Under the pieces are notes generated by a model. It saw nothing but the letters and a program-made list of their open reading frames with translations, searched no databases and was not told the origin of the DNA. From IMG/VR virus record IMGVR_UViG_3300031566_000048: 54,138 nucleotides of DNA; one strand, written 5' to 3'. Shown here piece by piece: positions 8,808 through 16,548 of this stretch (the stretch's first letter is position 1; each line of letters begins with the position of its first letter). The position numbers and the translations under genes were made by a program. The stretch comes from a virus.

Positions 8808-9239
8808 ATGATTATAACCCCACATTTCAAGTATAAAGAATTAGTACATACAGACCACACTCAATTTAAACAACAAAATTACGAGCAGGGAAAGGCTTTT
8901 ATAGGAAATATGCGTATGCTTTCCTATTTCTATTTAGAGCCTATACGGGCTAGATATGGCGTTCCTATTGATATAACAAGTTGCTTTAGGTGTTTAGATT
9001 TAAACAGATTTATTAAAAGTAAGGATAGTAGCCAACATCCAAAATGCGAGGCAGTTGATTTTAGGGTTAGAAAAACCGAAAGCAAAAAAGTATTTGATTA
9101 TATCCAATTAAAAGAATGCTTTAAGTGGGGACAGTTGATTTTATATCCCGATGATAATTTTATACATTTAAGTTTTCCAACTTTGGAAGAAAATATGCAA
9201 GTAAAGATATTTGAAAATGGGAAGTATACTAGATTGTGA
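8808..9239 (+). CDS. Endolysin, peptidase M15 family (Peptidase_M15_3-like cell-wall peptidase)
   Basis: 'FKYKELVH...PIRARYGVPIDITSCFRCLDLN......SQHPKCEAVDF......FIHLSF' matches the metal-ligand pattern H..D..H of the M15 family. Confidence 0.8.
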   Translation: MIITPHFKYKELVHTDHTQFKQQNYEQGKAFIGNMRMLSYFYLEPIRARYGVPIDITSCFRCLDLNRFIKSKDSSQHPKCEAVDFRVRKTESKKVFDYIQLKECFKWGQLILYPDDNFIHLSFPTLEENMQVKIFENGKYTRL

Positions 9240-9349
9240 TAAACGCATTTTTTGCGTATATTTAGCTGTTTTTTACGGAAAATATGCAAAAAACAACAAG
9301 ATAAACGCATTTTTAGGTTATTTAATGTAATATTAAGGAGAATAAATTA

Positions 9350-9730
9350 ATGTTTTTAGGATTACCGATAATCAAAGATATTTTTGGTGCTGTATCAAAA
9401 GTAGCAGATAAGCTAATACCTGACAAAAATAAAAGAGAACAATTTAAAGCTGTATTAAATGAAAAGTTATTGGAATTACAATTCAAAATAACAGATATTA
9501 TGGCAAACGAAACAAATGGGAATTGGTTTCAAAGAAGTTGGAGACCATTAACCGCTTTAATTTTTGTTTTTATAATTGTAAATGCAAAATTAATTTCTCC
9601 ATATTTGAGAGCATTTTTTCCCGAAATACCACAGTTTGAAATAAGCCCTACAGAGTGGGGTTTGTATACTGCATTCTTAACATCGTATGGCATAGGTAGA
9701 AGTTACGAAAAATCAAAAAAGAAAGAATAA
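9350..9730 (+). CDS. Holin, GTA-type 3-TM family
   Basis: N-terminal amphipathic region, then 'ANETNGNWFQRSWRPLTALIFVFIIV', as in the 'holin of 3TMs for gene-transfer release' family. RBS 'aaggaga'. Confidence 0.6.
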   Translation: MFLGLPIIKDIFGAVSKVADKLIPDKNKREQFKAVLNEKLLELQFKITDIMANETNGNWFQRSWRPLTALIFVFIIVNAKLISPYLRAFFPEIPQFEISPTEWGLYTAFLTSYGIGRSYEKSKKKE

Positions 9731-9747
9731 TAAAGGAGGTAAAATAA

Positions 9748-9975
9748 ATGATAACTTTTGATATAAAAAAACTAATTGAGAAGGGTATTAAAGGTTTTTT
9801 GAAAGGTTATATTACTGCTTTTGCTGGAATAAAGATTGTTGAAAGTTCTTTAACATCAGCTAATATAACAGAAGACCAATTGCTTGCGTTAATTGCAGGC
9901 GGTGCGTTAGCAGTATTTGATATGTTGCGAAACTGGCTTAAAATAAAGTTTCCAAAAGTATTTGGCTGGCTTTAA
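9748..9975 (+). CDS. Small membrane protein, possibly a holin partner or antiholin
   Basis: RBS 'aaaggaggt'. Hydrophobic segments 'ITAFAGIKIV' and 'LLALIAGGALAVF'. Confidence 0.5.
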   Translation: MITFDIKKLIEKGIKGFLKGYITAFAGIKIVESSLTSANITEDQLLALIAGGALAVFDMLRNWLKIKFPKVFGWL

Positions 9976-9988
9976 TAGTTGCTGGCAT

Positions 9989-10050
9989 TCTCACTTCTAC
10001 GCATAGTCAAGTGAGTTAACCCCGTAGGAATATAAAAAAAACCTACGGGG
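9989..10050 (+). terminator. Two stem-loops closing the late/lysis transcription unit
   Basis: 'ctcactt..aagtgag' (9989-10016) and 'ccccgtagg-13nt-cctacgggg' (10020-10050). The T-tract is weak. Confidence 0.45.
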
Positions 10051-10093
10051 ATTTAAAAAATGGCAACTATATAGTTATTTGACCCAAAAAAAA

Positions 10094-10252
10094 TTAATAG
10101 GTATTAACATATCCACTAACTTCCATATTTCCATAGGTGTTTATAGAAGAATTACCGAAGTAGAACTTAATTAAAACCAATACAAGCATAAGCAACGCTA
10201 TAAAAATTAGGCATTCTTTAATAATTTTGTATATTTTCAAAAACTTATTCAT
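10094..10252 (-). CDS. Small hydrophobic ORF (52 aa) at the end of element B
   Basis: 'MNKFLKIYKIIKECLIFIALLMLVLVLIKFYF...'. Starts 3 nt after the passenger stop. No clear RBS. Confidence 0.3.
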   Translation of the reverse strand: MNKFLKIYKIIKECLIFIALLMLVLVLIKFYFGNSSINTYGNMEVSGYVNTY

Positions 10253-10254
10253 AA

Positions 10255-10860
10255 TTATTTTTCCTTTTTATCGTGTTCTATTTGTTTTGGCTTAACTGCT
10301 TCTAGTATATTCAAATGTTGCTTTTGTGATATTTTTTGTCTCTTTACTTTTTCTATCAAATATTTTGGAAATTTTTTATATATATATTCAAATGAAAACC
10401 AATTTCTAAATTCAGGCAATGATTTATCAGGATACGCCCACGCTGGTTGTGGGTTACTATCTGATTGAGGATAATATTCTGGATAGTTATGTTCGTATGG
10501 TGTTCTTTCTCCATATTTTGAGTTTAGTTTTTTTTCTTTCCAATATTTACCCCAATTTATACCTACACTTAAATCTGGTATAGTTTTGTCATTCACAATT
10601 ACACTTCCCCTTATAAGCGTAACTATCAAGCCATTCATTTCCCTAAAAACACTAAAAAATCCGTTTGGAACTTTATCAAAATTTAAATCAACTCTATCTA
10701 AAAAATATTTCCACTGATTTAATTTTTCAGTTTGGTATACATATCCTACTTTATTGTAAATATATTGTCTAAACGATATTCTTGCTAATATTCTGTAATT
10801 TTGTATTTCTTCTTTTCTAGGTTCTGCGTCCTCATATGCAAAATATTCTAACAATGCCAT
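10255..10860 (-). pseudogene. C-terminal fragment of the element B P63C-like passenger gene, split by insertion of element A
   Basis: The open frame extends upstream of the annotated Met to the element A boundary. It joins in frame to 13001..13396 when 10891..13000 is removed. Confidence 0.8.
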
Positions 10861-10882
10861 ACATACTGCTTCAGGATAAGCA

Positions 10883-10890
10883 TTATATTT
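10883..10890. repeat. 8-bp target-site duplication 'TTATATTT', left copy
   Basis: Identical octamer abuts both ends of element A (10883-10890 and 12993-13000). Confidence 0.9.
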
Positions 10891-10931
10891 GGGATTTATA
10901 TACTTAACTAGCCAAAAAAACTAAAAAACAC

Positions 10932-10960
10932 TTGACTAGCCATTATTTTTATGTTACGAT
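10932..10960 (+). promoter_or_regulatory. Promoter of the element A transposase
   Basis: TTGACT (10932-10937), 17-nt spacer, TACGAT (10955-10960). Confidence 0.5.
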
Positions 10961-10986
10961 ATGTTTATATTAGGAGGATACATATT

Positions 10987-11928
10987 ATGATTAAATTTAG
11001 TCTAATTGAATTTTTTAAGAAGTTTCCAAGTGAAGAGGATGCCACACTTTATTTTGAAAAATTAAGATGGGGAAATGATATTACTTGTCCTTATTGTAAA
11101 AGCAAGTCTATATCAGAATGTGTAAGGCCAATGCCATATAGATGTCGTGATTGTCGCAAACATTTTAGTGTTAGGGTTGGAACTATACTATCAGAGTCAA
11201 AATTACCACTTCAAAAATGGTTATTGGCCATATACATACTTACTAATTCTAAAAAGGGTATTTCTTCAATTCAGTTGGCCGAGTATTTAGAAACTACTCA
11301 AAAAACAGCTTGGTTTTTAGCTCATAGAATAAGGGAAACTTGGTTGCAAGAAAATGATAAACTTGATGGAGTTATTGAAATTGACGAAACATACATTGGG
11401 GGAAAAGAGGGCAATAAACATCAGAACAAGAAAACATTAAATACACAGGGTAGAAGTACAAAAACAAAAATGGCTATACTTGGAGCACTAGAAAGACGAG
11501 GAAAAATAAAGGCCAAGATAGTAAATAATACAAATGAAACTACTATAAATTACTTTGCTAATAATAATATTAAAAAATCTGCAATACTTAATACTGATGA
11601 GTATAGAAGTTATAATCAACTTAAAAATCAGGGTTTTATACACAAAAGAGTAAAACATTCAGTAAAAGAATATGTATATGGCCAATATCATACAAATGGA
11701 ATAGAAAGTTTTTGGGCTTTGTTAAAAAGAGGGTATTATGGAATTTATCATCATATGAGTTCAAAACATTTACAGAGATATATAGATGAGTTTTCTAACA
11801 GGCATAATATGATAGAAACCTCTGGAATTGATAAAATAAAAGTCACATTTAATAAGGGTATAGGTAAGAAACTAACCTATAGGGAGCTAATAAATGACAA
11901 AAAAAAAGAAAATTATAGAACCAATTAA
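10987..11928 (+). CDS. IS1595-family (ISXO2-like) DDE transposase
   Basis: N-terminal zinc ribbon 'CPYCKS...YRCRDCRKHFS', 'GISSIQLAEYL..TQKTAWFLAHRIRE', and DDE motifs 'IEIDETYIGG', 'NTDEY', 'TNGIESFW'. Start moved to the ATG after RBS 'taggagga'. Confidence 0.9.
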   Translation: MIKFSLIEFFKKFPSEEDATLYFEKLRWGNDITCPYCKSKSISECVRPMPYRCRDCRKHFSVRVGTILSESKLPLQKWLLAIYILTNSKKGISSIQLAEYLETTQKTAWFLAHRIRETWLQENDKLDGVIEIDETYIGGKEGNKHQNKKTLNTQGRSTKTKMAILGALERRGKIKAKIVNNTNETTINYFANNNIKKSAILNTDEYRSYNQLKNQGFIHKRVKHSVKEYVYGQYHTNGIESFWALLKRGYYGIYHHMSSKHLQRYIDEFSNRHNMIETSGIDKIKVTFNKGIGKKLTYRELINDKKKENYRTN

Positions 11929-12934
11929 AGCATCATCTGAAGATGTTGTAAAAGCTATTGTTGATGTGGGTAAATCAATGGAAGAAAAAAAATATCCAAG
12001 AGCTTTAACTAGTGATGGTGTTATATCTCCTATCATTAAAGCAGAATGTTGGATATTAGATAATGGTAAATATATAGTTCGTGGCCGTGGTTTTATTAGA
12101 ACATTAACAGGGGTTGAGGATGACAAGAAATTATCAGGCCAAAGATTTAAAAGACTGTTAAATAGTAAAGCATTGTGCAATATTTTATCAGAAGAATTAA
12201 GAAACAAGCTAAGTATTCCAATTGATTTTTACACAAAAAAAGGGAAAATGGAGTGGGGATATGATGCTACGGCTTTACCACAAATGGCAAAGGATTTTTG
12301 GAAAGCATACCTAACTAAAAAAATAAAAGAGGGAGATACCTACTTTTATGAGGCCAAAAATTCGGAAAAATTAGTTAACGCTTTCTTAAATTTAAGCATT
12401 ACCACTCATATAGAACAAATTACAGGATTTAACCCAAAGGCAAGAGAATTTGCCGAGGCATTTTTTAGAGAAAATTTTGTCAGAGAATTACCATCAGGCC
12501 AAAAAAGGAAATTTGAATATATTGGTTTCTTTGATGGTATGTATAAAATATATGGTCTTATTAGAAAAAAAGATAAACCTTGGCAAAATCCTTCCTTTTT
12601 TGGAAAATTTATAAACAAATATATATATACTCCACTAGATGTTATAGTTACTAATGGAAAAATAAAAACAAGGGATATATTAAGAAAACAATTAAAAGAA
12701 AAAAGAGGTAAAAGCGGAAGAACTTTATATTCTTTTATACAAGAAAAGGGAGAGGCCAAGTTTTTTGGCCATCTTGGTATGCTCACACATCTTATGAAAG
12801 TTTCTGATAACAAAGATGAATTTGATGAGTTATTTAACCAGTTTTTTACAAATTTATTACCAACGAAAGATTTATTTGAGAAAGAGCATAGACGGGATGT
12901 TTTTAGTAGGATTATAAATAAAAAGGGACAATAG
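11894..12934 (+). CDS. Passenger protein, P63C-domain-like (tentative)
   Basis: RBS 'agggag'. Start overlaps the transposase 3' end. 'AECWILDNGKYIVRGRGFIRTLTG' resembles the N-terminal motif of phage P63C-family proteins. Confidence 0.55.
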   Translation: MTKKKKIIEPIKASSEDVVKAIVDVGKSMEEKKYPRALTSDGVISPIIKAECWILDNGKYIVRGRGFIRTLTGVEDDKKLSGQRFKRLLNSKALCNILSEELRNKLSIPIDFYTKKGKMEWGYDATALPQMAKDFWKAYLTKKIKEGDTYFYEAKNSEKLVNAFLNLSITTHIEQITGFNPKAREFAEAFFRENFVRELPSGQKRKFEYIGFFDGMYKIYGLIRKKDKPWQNPSFFGKFINKYIYTPLDVIVTNGKIKTRDILRKQLKEKRGKSGRTLYSFIQEKGEAKFFGHLGMLTHLMKVSDNKDEFDELFNQFFTNLLPTKDLFEKEHRRDVFSRIINKKGQ

Positions 12935-12946
12935 ATATTTATCAAT

Positions 12947-13396
12947 TTAGTAATGTAAATTTAAACTTTGGCTAGTTAAGTATATAAATCCCTTATATTT
13001 AATACCTTTTTTTGTTACTGATATAAAAAGATGCTCGCCATTGTAATTTGTATCTCTCAATATTTGTTTAATTTTTATAGTTCTAGTGTTGTCATCTCTA
13101 CCGTCCCATTCTTTATTAACCCTGTATAGAGTTTTTCTATGTACTCCACAAATTTTAGCAAGACCAGTCTCTGTTAAATAAGGTATTCCATTTTCTAATA
13201 CTCCCATTATTATACCATCTACATCTTTTTCTACATCCACTATAAAAGAAAACTCGTCTTGACCTGCGCCCAAATTCGGTGTTTTGCGGGTGTTTTTAAT
13301 TAATTTCCCCTCTGAAACAATGGGTGCGCCCAGTTCGCTTTTTTTCACTCTAGCAACACGATTTAAAAATTCTTCAAATTTTTTTTTCTTATCCAT
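12947..13396 (-). pseudogene. N-terminal fragment of the element B passenger gene. The last 16 codons are read from the element A inverted repeat.
   Basis: '...GIIMGVLENGIPYLTETGLAKICG...VTKKGIKY' and then out into the IR ('KGFIYLTSQSLNLHY*'). Confidence 0.8.
12993..13000. repeat. 8-bp target-site duplication 'TTATATTT', right copy
   Basis: See 10883-10890. Confidence 0.9.
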
Positions 13397-14306
13397 TTAT
13401 AAGCTCCTTATACTGTAATCTCTTACCACTTGTTAAACTAAAAAACTCATTTATCCGTTCCTGTATACTGTAACCCCTTGTATTCCAACGAAAACAAAAC
13501 ATATCGGCATATTTTTGTATATGCTTTTTACTAGCAGAGTGATATATTCCATTTATTGTTCTTTTAAAATGAGCAAATGAACCCTCTATATTATTTGTAG
13601 TAATCCCGCCTTTGCCTACATACTCTTTAAAGGTATGGTTAACTATTTTTCTTTTATCTTTTGGTAAGAACTTATATATAGGGCTTTCGTCTGTATGTAT
13701 TATAGCATTATCAGATATATTACTTTCAATAATTGGCTTTACATTGCCTTTAGTGGCTTTCTCTATGCTTTGATATTTAATACTGCCTTTTTTCTCTACC
13801 ATACCCAGTATGGGCTTTTTATCGCCTAATATGGTGTTATATTCTTTGGTGCGTTTGTTTTTATGCTTGTTTGTTTCCTTACCGCCTATATATGTTTCGT
13901 CAACCTCTACAATGCCTTTTAACGGCTTTTTAAATGAATTACTATCTACCGCATATCTTAACCTTTGTAAGATATACCACGCTGTTTTTTGTGTTACTTT
14001 AATGTCTTTTGAAAGCTGTAAACTGGATATACCCTTTTTATGTGAAGTCATTAAATAGATTGCCATAAACCATTTTTTTAATGAAATTTTACTATCTTCA
14101 AATATAGTGCCTATTTTAACACCAAACTTTTTTCTACACTCCGCACATTTATGAGTTTTATTATTAGAAAAATGATAGATTTTTTTACTGTTACAAAACG
14201 GACAGTAAAAACCATCTTTGTATATTATTGCAGTGAGATATTTTATACACTTTAATTCGGTATCAAAGGTATTTATTACTTCTAAAAAACTGTTAAATTT
14301 TTTCAT
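13389..14306 (-). CDS. IS1595-family DDE transposase (element B), a divergent paralogue of 10987..11928
   Basis: 'CPFCNS...HKCAECRKKFG', 'GISSLQLSKDI..TQKTAWYILQRLR', 'VEVDETYIGG', 'HTDES', 'NNIEGSF'. Confidence 0.9.
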   Translation of the reverse strand: MKKFNSFLEVINTFDTELKCIKYLTAIIYKDGFYCPFCNSKKIYHFSNNKTHKCAECRKKFGVKIGTIFEDSKISLKKWFMAIYLMTSHKKGISSLQLSKDIKVTQKTAWYILQRLRYAVDSNSFKKPLKGIVEVDETYIGGKETNKHKNKRTKEYNTILGDKKPILGMVEKKGSIKYQSIEKATKGNVKPIIESNISDNAIIHTDESPIYKFLPKDKRKIVNHTFKEYVGKGGITTNNIEGSFAHFKRTINGIYHSASKKHIQKYADMFCFRWNTRGYSIQERINEFFSLTSGKRLQYKELING

Positions 14307-14401
14307 TTTTATAGCTCCCTTACTCTTAACTAAATATATTATATCTTAATTAGCTGGGTCTGTAAAGTATATAGTTTCCTTGTTTTATATAAAACTAGCA
14401 C

Positions 14402-14430
14402 TTGACATATATAAGGTATATGTGTAGTAT
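14402..14430 (+). promoter_or_regulatory. Early promoter, upstream member of a tandem pair
   Basis: TTGACA (14402-14407), 17 nt, TAGTAT (14425-14430). Confidence 0.55.
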
Positions 14431-14457
14431 ATATGTATAGTTATTTTAAAATAACAC

Positions 14458-14539
14458 TTGACAAGAAATAAAAAAACATTTAAAATATTAGTGTAGTAAG
14501 AAAGTAATAAAAAAACTGAAACCAAAAGGAGAAAATAAA
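14458..14539 (+). promoter_or_regulatory. Early promoter plus conserved 5' leader, paralogous to 21034..21113
   Basis: TTGACA (14458-14463), 17 nt, TAAAAT (14481-14486). The leader 'ttagtgtagta.gaaag.aa.aaaaaaactgaaaccaaa.ggaga' is shared with the 21034 copy. Confidence 0.65.
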
Positions 14540-14725
14540 ATGAAAGTAAAAATTTTATATAGATATCGCGACTTGGAATTGAATTACTATAAACTTGAAA
14601 GCATTATTACAAATAGTCGGTATAAAACTATCTATGAAACTCAAATAAACCTGTTTAAAATACTACCAAAAAAAATATTGGAATTACCAAAGCTATTCAT
14701 ACGGGATATTGTGAAAATAAAATGA
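14540..14725 (+). CDS. Hypothetical early protein
   Basis: RBS 'aaaaggaga'. First gene after the promoter. Confidence 0.5.
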   Translation: MKVKILYRYRDLELNYYKLESIITNSRYKTIYETQINLFKILPKKILELPKLFIRDIVKIK

Positions 14726-15249
14726 AAAAAATAACAATAATAATAGCTATTATATTTTGTGTTTGTTTTTCACAAGCTAAAAATATAATTAGCTTAAATG
14801 TAGGTGGTGCAATCCCTGTAAGTTGGGATTACGGAAGTGCTTTTTATGCAGGTTTTTCGCAAGGTTATAGTATCTCAAAGTATTTTAATTTAGGGTTTGA
14901 TTTATCTTATAACTTTAACCATAGACAGTATGAAAATAATCTAAAAAGAGAAATTAAAATATTAAATTTAATTCCTTATGTAGAATATAATTTGTCTATT
15001 AACAGGCATTTAATATATTCATATTTTGGTTTTGGAATTAGTTTTATAAATATGGACGATGATACTACTATACCCGACATAGATGATATGACTAAACGAT
15101 ATTTTACTGGCATTTTTGGAATAGGGTATATGTATCAATGGTTAGAGAATATATACATAGGTTTTGATTTAAGATACCAACATATATTTCAAAGCGGTGG
15201 TATAAAGAATAATATTATACCGACTGCTAAAATATCTTATATTTTTTAA
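14722..15249 (+). CDS. Outer-membrane beta-barrel protein (phage moron)
   Basis: Signal peptide 'MKKITIIIAIIFCVCFSQA'. Alternating hydrophobic strands rich in aromatic and Gly residues. C-terminal 'AKISYIF' ends in Phe, as in OMP beta-signals. Confidence 0.7.
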   Translation: MKKITIIIAIIFCVCFSQAKNIISLNVGGAIPVSWDYGSAFYAGFSQGYSISKYFNLGFDLSYNFNHRQYENNLKREIKILNLIPYVEYNLSINRHLIYSYFGFGISFINMDDDTTIPDIDDMTKRYFTGIFGIGYMYQWLENIYIGFDLRYQHIFQSGGIKNNIIPTAKISYIF

Positions 15250-15323
15250 CAATTTTACAATCTTCCACTGGGGCATCTGATGAAGTGAGGCATCGGAAGA
15301 AAGTAAAAAAAAGGAGTAACTCA

Positions 15324-15548
15324 ATGAGTGAAACGAAAAAAAAAGACTATAAAACAAAAAACATCGCAAAAATGTCTCATCGTGAAATATACGATGAGAT
15401 AAATTCCTGCATAGAACAAGAGGATTATGACCTTGTTAAAATGTGGGAAAATGTATTATTTTTGCGAGGTGTCCAGTTGTTGTTTAAACTTATGATAGGA
15501 ACAGTTATAGCAGTTGTTATAATTGGAGTATTACTTATCGTAAGGTAG
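15324..15548 (+). CDS. Small tail-anchored membrane protein
   Basis: RBS 'aaaaggag' before the ATG at 15324. C-terminal TM 'LMIGTVIAVVIIGVLLIV'. Confidence 0.5.
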   Translation: MSETKKKDYKTKNIAKMSHREIYDEINSCIEQEDYDLVKMWENVLFLRGVQLLFKLMIGTVIAVVIIGVLLIVR

Positions 15549-15555
15549 TCTGAAC

Positions 15556-15590
15556 CTGTCCGCTCGCACAAACGGGCGGGCAGTTATATT
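15556..15590 (+). terminator. Intrinsic terminator
   Basis: 11-bp stem 'ctgtccgctcg/cgggcgggcag' (two G-U pairs) with loop 'cacaaa', followed by 'ttatatt'. Confidence 0.6.
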
Positions 15591-15617
15591 ATACTAAATT
15601 AAGAGAGGTTTAAAAAA

Positions 15618-15929
15618 ATGAAAGAAAAAACAAAACTTGTAAATTGTCCAGACTGTAATAAAATGGTTTCTAAAAATTCAAAAGCTTGTATACATTGTGG
15701 TAGAAAATTTGATGCCATAGATAGAATGGCTTTTGATAAAGGCTTAAATGTTGATGTTTTAAGAAAACAAAATAAAAGACTTGCTTATGGTGGTAGTTTT
15801 TTATTTATAGGAATAATATTTTTAATATTATTTTTCCCTTTAGGTATTTTGTTTTTACTTATAGGCATAGTATGGGTTATAGTAGCAACTATAATTAATC
15901 TTACTGAAAAAAAGGAGACTGAAAAATGA
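15618..15929 (+). CDS. Zinc-ribbon protein with C-terminal TM segments
   Basis: 'CPDCNK...CIHCG' followed by 'FLFIGIIFLILFFPLGILFLLIGIVWVIVATII'. Confidence 0.55.
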   Translation: MKEKTKLVNCPDCNKMVSKNSKACIHCGRKFDAIDRMAFDKGLNVDVLRKQNKRLAYGGSFLFIGIIFLILFFPLGILFLLIGIVWVIVATIINLTEKKETEK

Positions 15930-16276
15930 CAGAAAAACAAATAATAAAAGGTAAGATTTTAAGTTCGATACCGTCAATAGCATTTTATTGTAAAAATAGA
16001 ACTAGCAAGTATTTAACTTTTAATGCTAATTTTTCAAGATTGATTTCATATGAAAACTATGTAGATATTTTTATCAATGGAAACATTCTTAAACTAAAAT
16101 TTAGTAAAAAGGAAAATACAAATAGCTATAAAATTAATAAAAGTAGTCTGAATTATTTCATATCTGCTAACAATATTTTAAATCAAATAGACATACCTCT
16201 GTGTGAAAAAAGATTTAAGGTAGAATATTTAAATGATAATATTTATACGGCTGATTTAAGTAAGGCTTTAGAATAA
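15926..16276 (+). CDS. Hypothetical protein
   Basis: ATGA overlap with the upstream gene. Confidence 0.5.
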   Translation: MTEKQIIKGKILSSIPSIAFYCKNRTSKYLTFNANFSRLISYENYVDIFINGNILKLKFSKKENTNSYKINKSSLNYFISANNILNQIDIPLCEKRFKVEYLNDNIYTADLSKALE

Positions 16277-16306
16277 TAAAATTACCGATATTAAAATAAA
16301 TAACAT

Positions 16307-16335
16307 TTGACAAGCAATTTTAATTAAGTTAGAAT
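16307..16335 (+). promoter_or_regulatory. Promoter of the replication operon
   Basis: TTGACA (16307-16312), 17 nt, TAGAAT (16330-16335). Confidence 0.55.
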
Positions 16336-16371
16336 TGTGGGGTAGTAAATTTGGAACGAGGATAACAAGTA

Positions 16372-16548
16372 ATGCAAACCGACAGATATAACCAACTAAC
16401 AAATAGACACATAGCTAAACTACTTGATGCTATCAAGGAAGTTATGCCTTTGCATACTGTAATTGCTGATAAAGTTAAATCCGAATTCCATTACCTGAAA
16501 GAAGATATTTTAAAAGAGGTAAAGGAAAATGGCAAAAAGATTTATTGA
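16372..16548 (+). CDS. Small hypothetical protein (58 aa)
   Basis: 'gagga' RBS. Overlaps the start of the next gene. Below the track cutoff. Confidence 0.4.
   Translation: MQTDRYNQLTNRHIAKLLDAIKEVMPLHTVIADKVKSEFHYLKEDILKEVKENGKKIY

Larger units (their letters stand above)
10891..12992 (+). mobile_element. IS1595-family element A (2102 bp) with transposase and P63C-like passenger
   Basis: Perfect 26-bp terminal inverted repeats: 'gggatttatatacttaactagccaaa' at 10891-10916 and its reverse complement at 12967-12992. Flanked by an 8-bp direct repeat. Confidence 0.9.
10062..14369 (-). mobile_element. IS1595-family element B (transposase, P63C-like passenger and small TM ORF), itself interrupted by element A
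   Basis: Imperfect terminal inverted repeats: 'ggcaactatatagttatttgaccc' (10062-10085) against the reverse complement of 14346-14369, 'ggaaactatatactttacagaccc' (18/24 match). They resemble the element A ends. No clear target duplication. Confidence 0.65.

Noticed and set aside
10987-14306. The two DDE proteins considered as the phage integrase or Mu-type transposase (a transposable-phage lifestyle).
   Set aside because: They are IS1595/ISXO2-type enzymes with their own inverted repeats and a target duplication inside the genome. There is no MuA/MuB pair and no genome-end transposase binding sites. The Mu similarity is confined to tail and baseplate genes.
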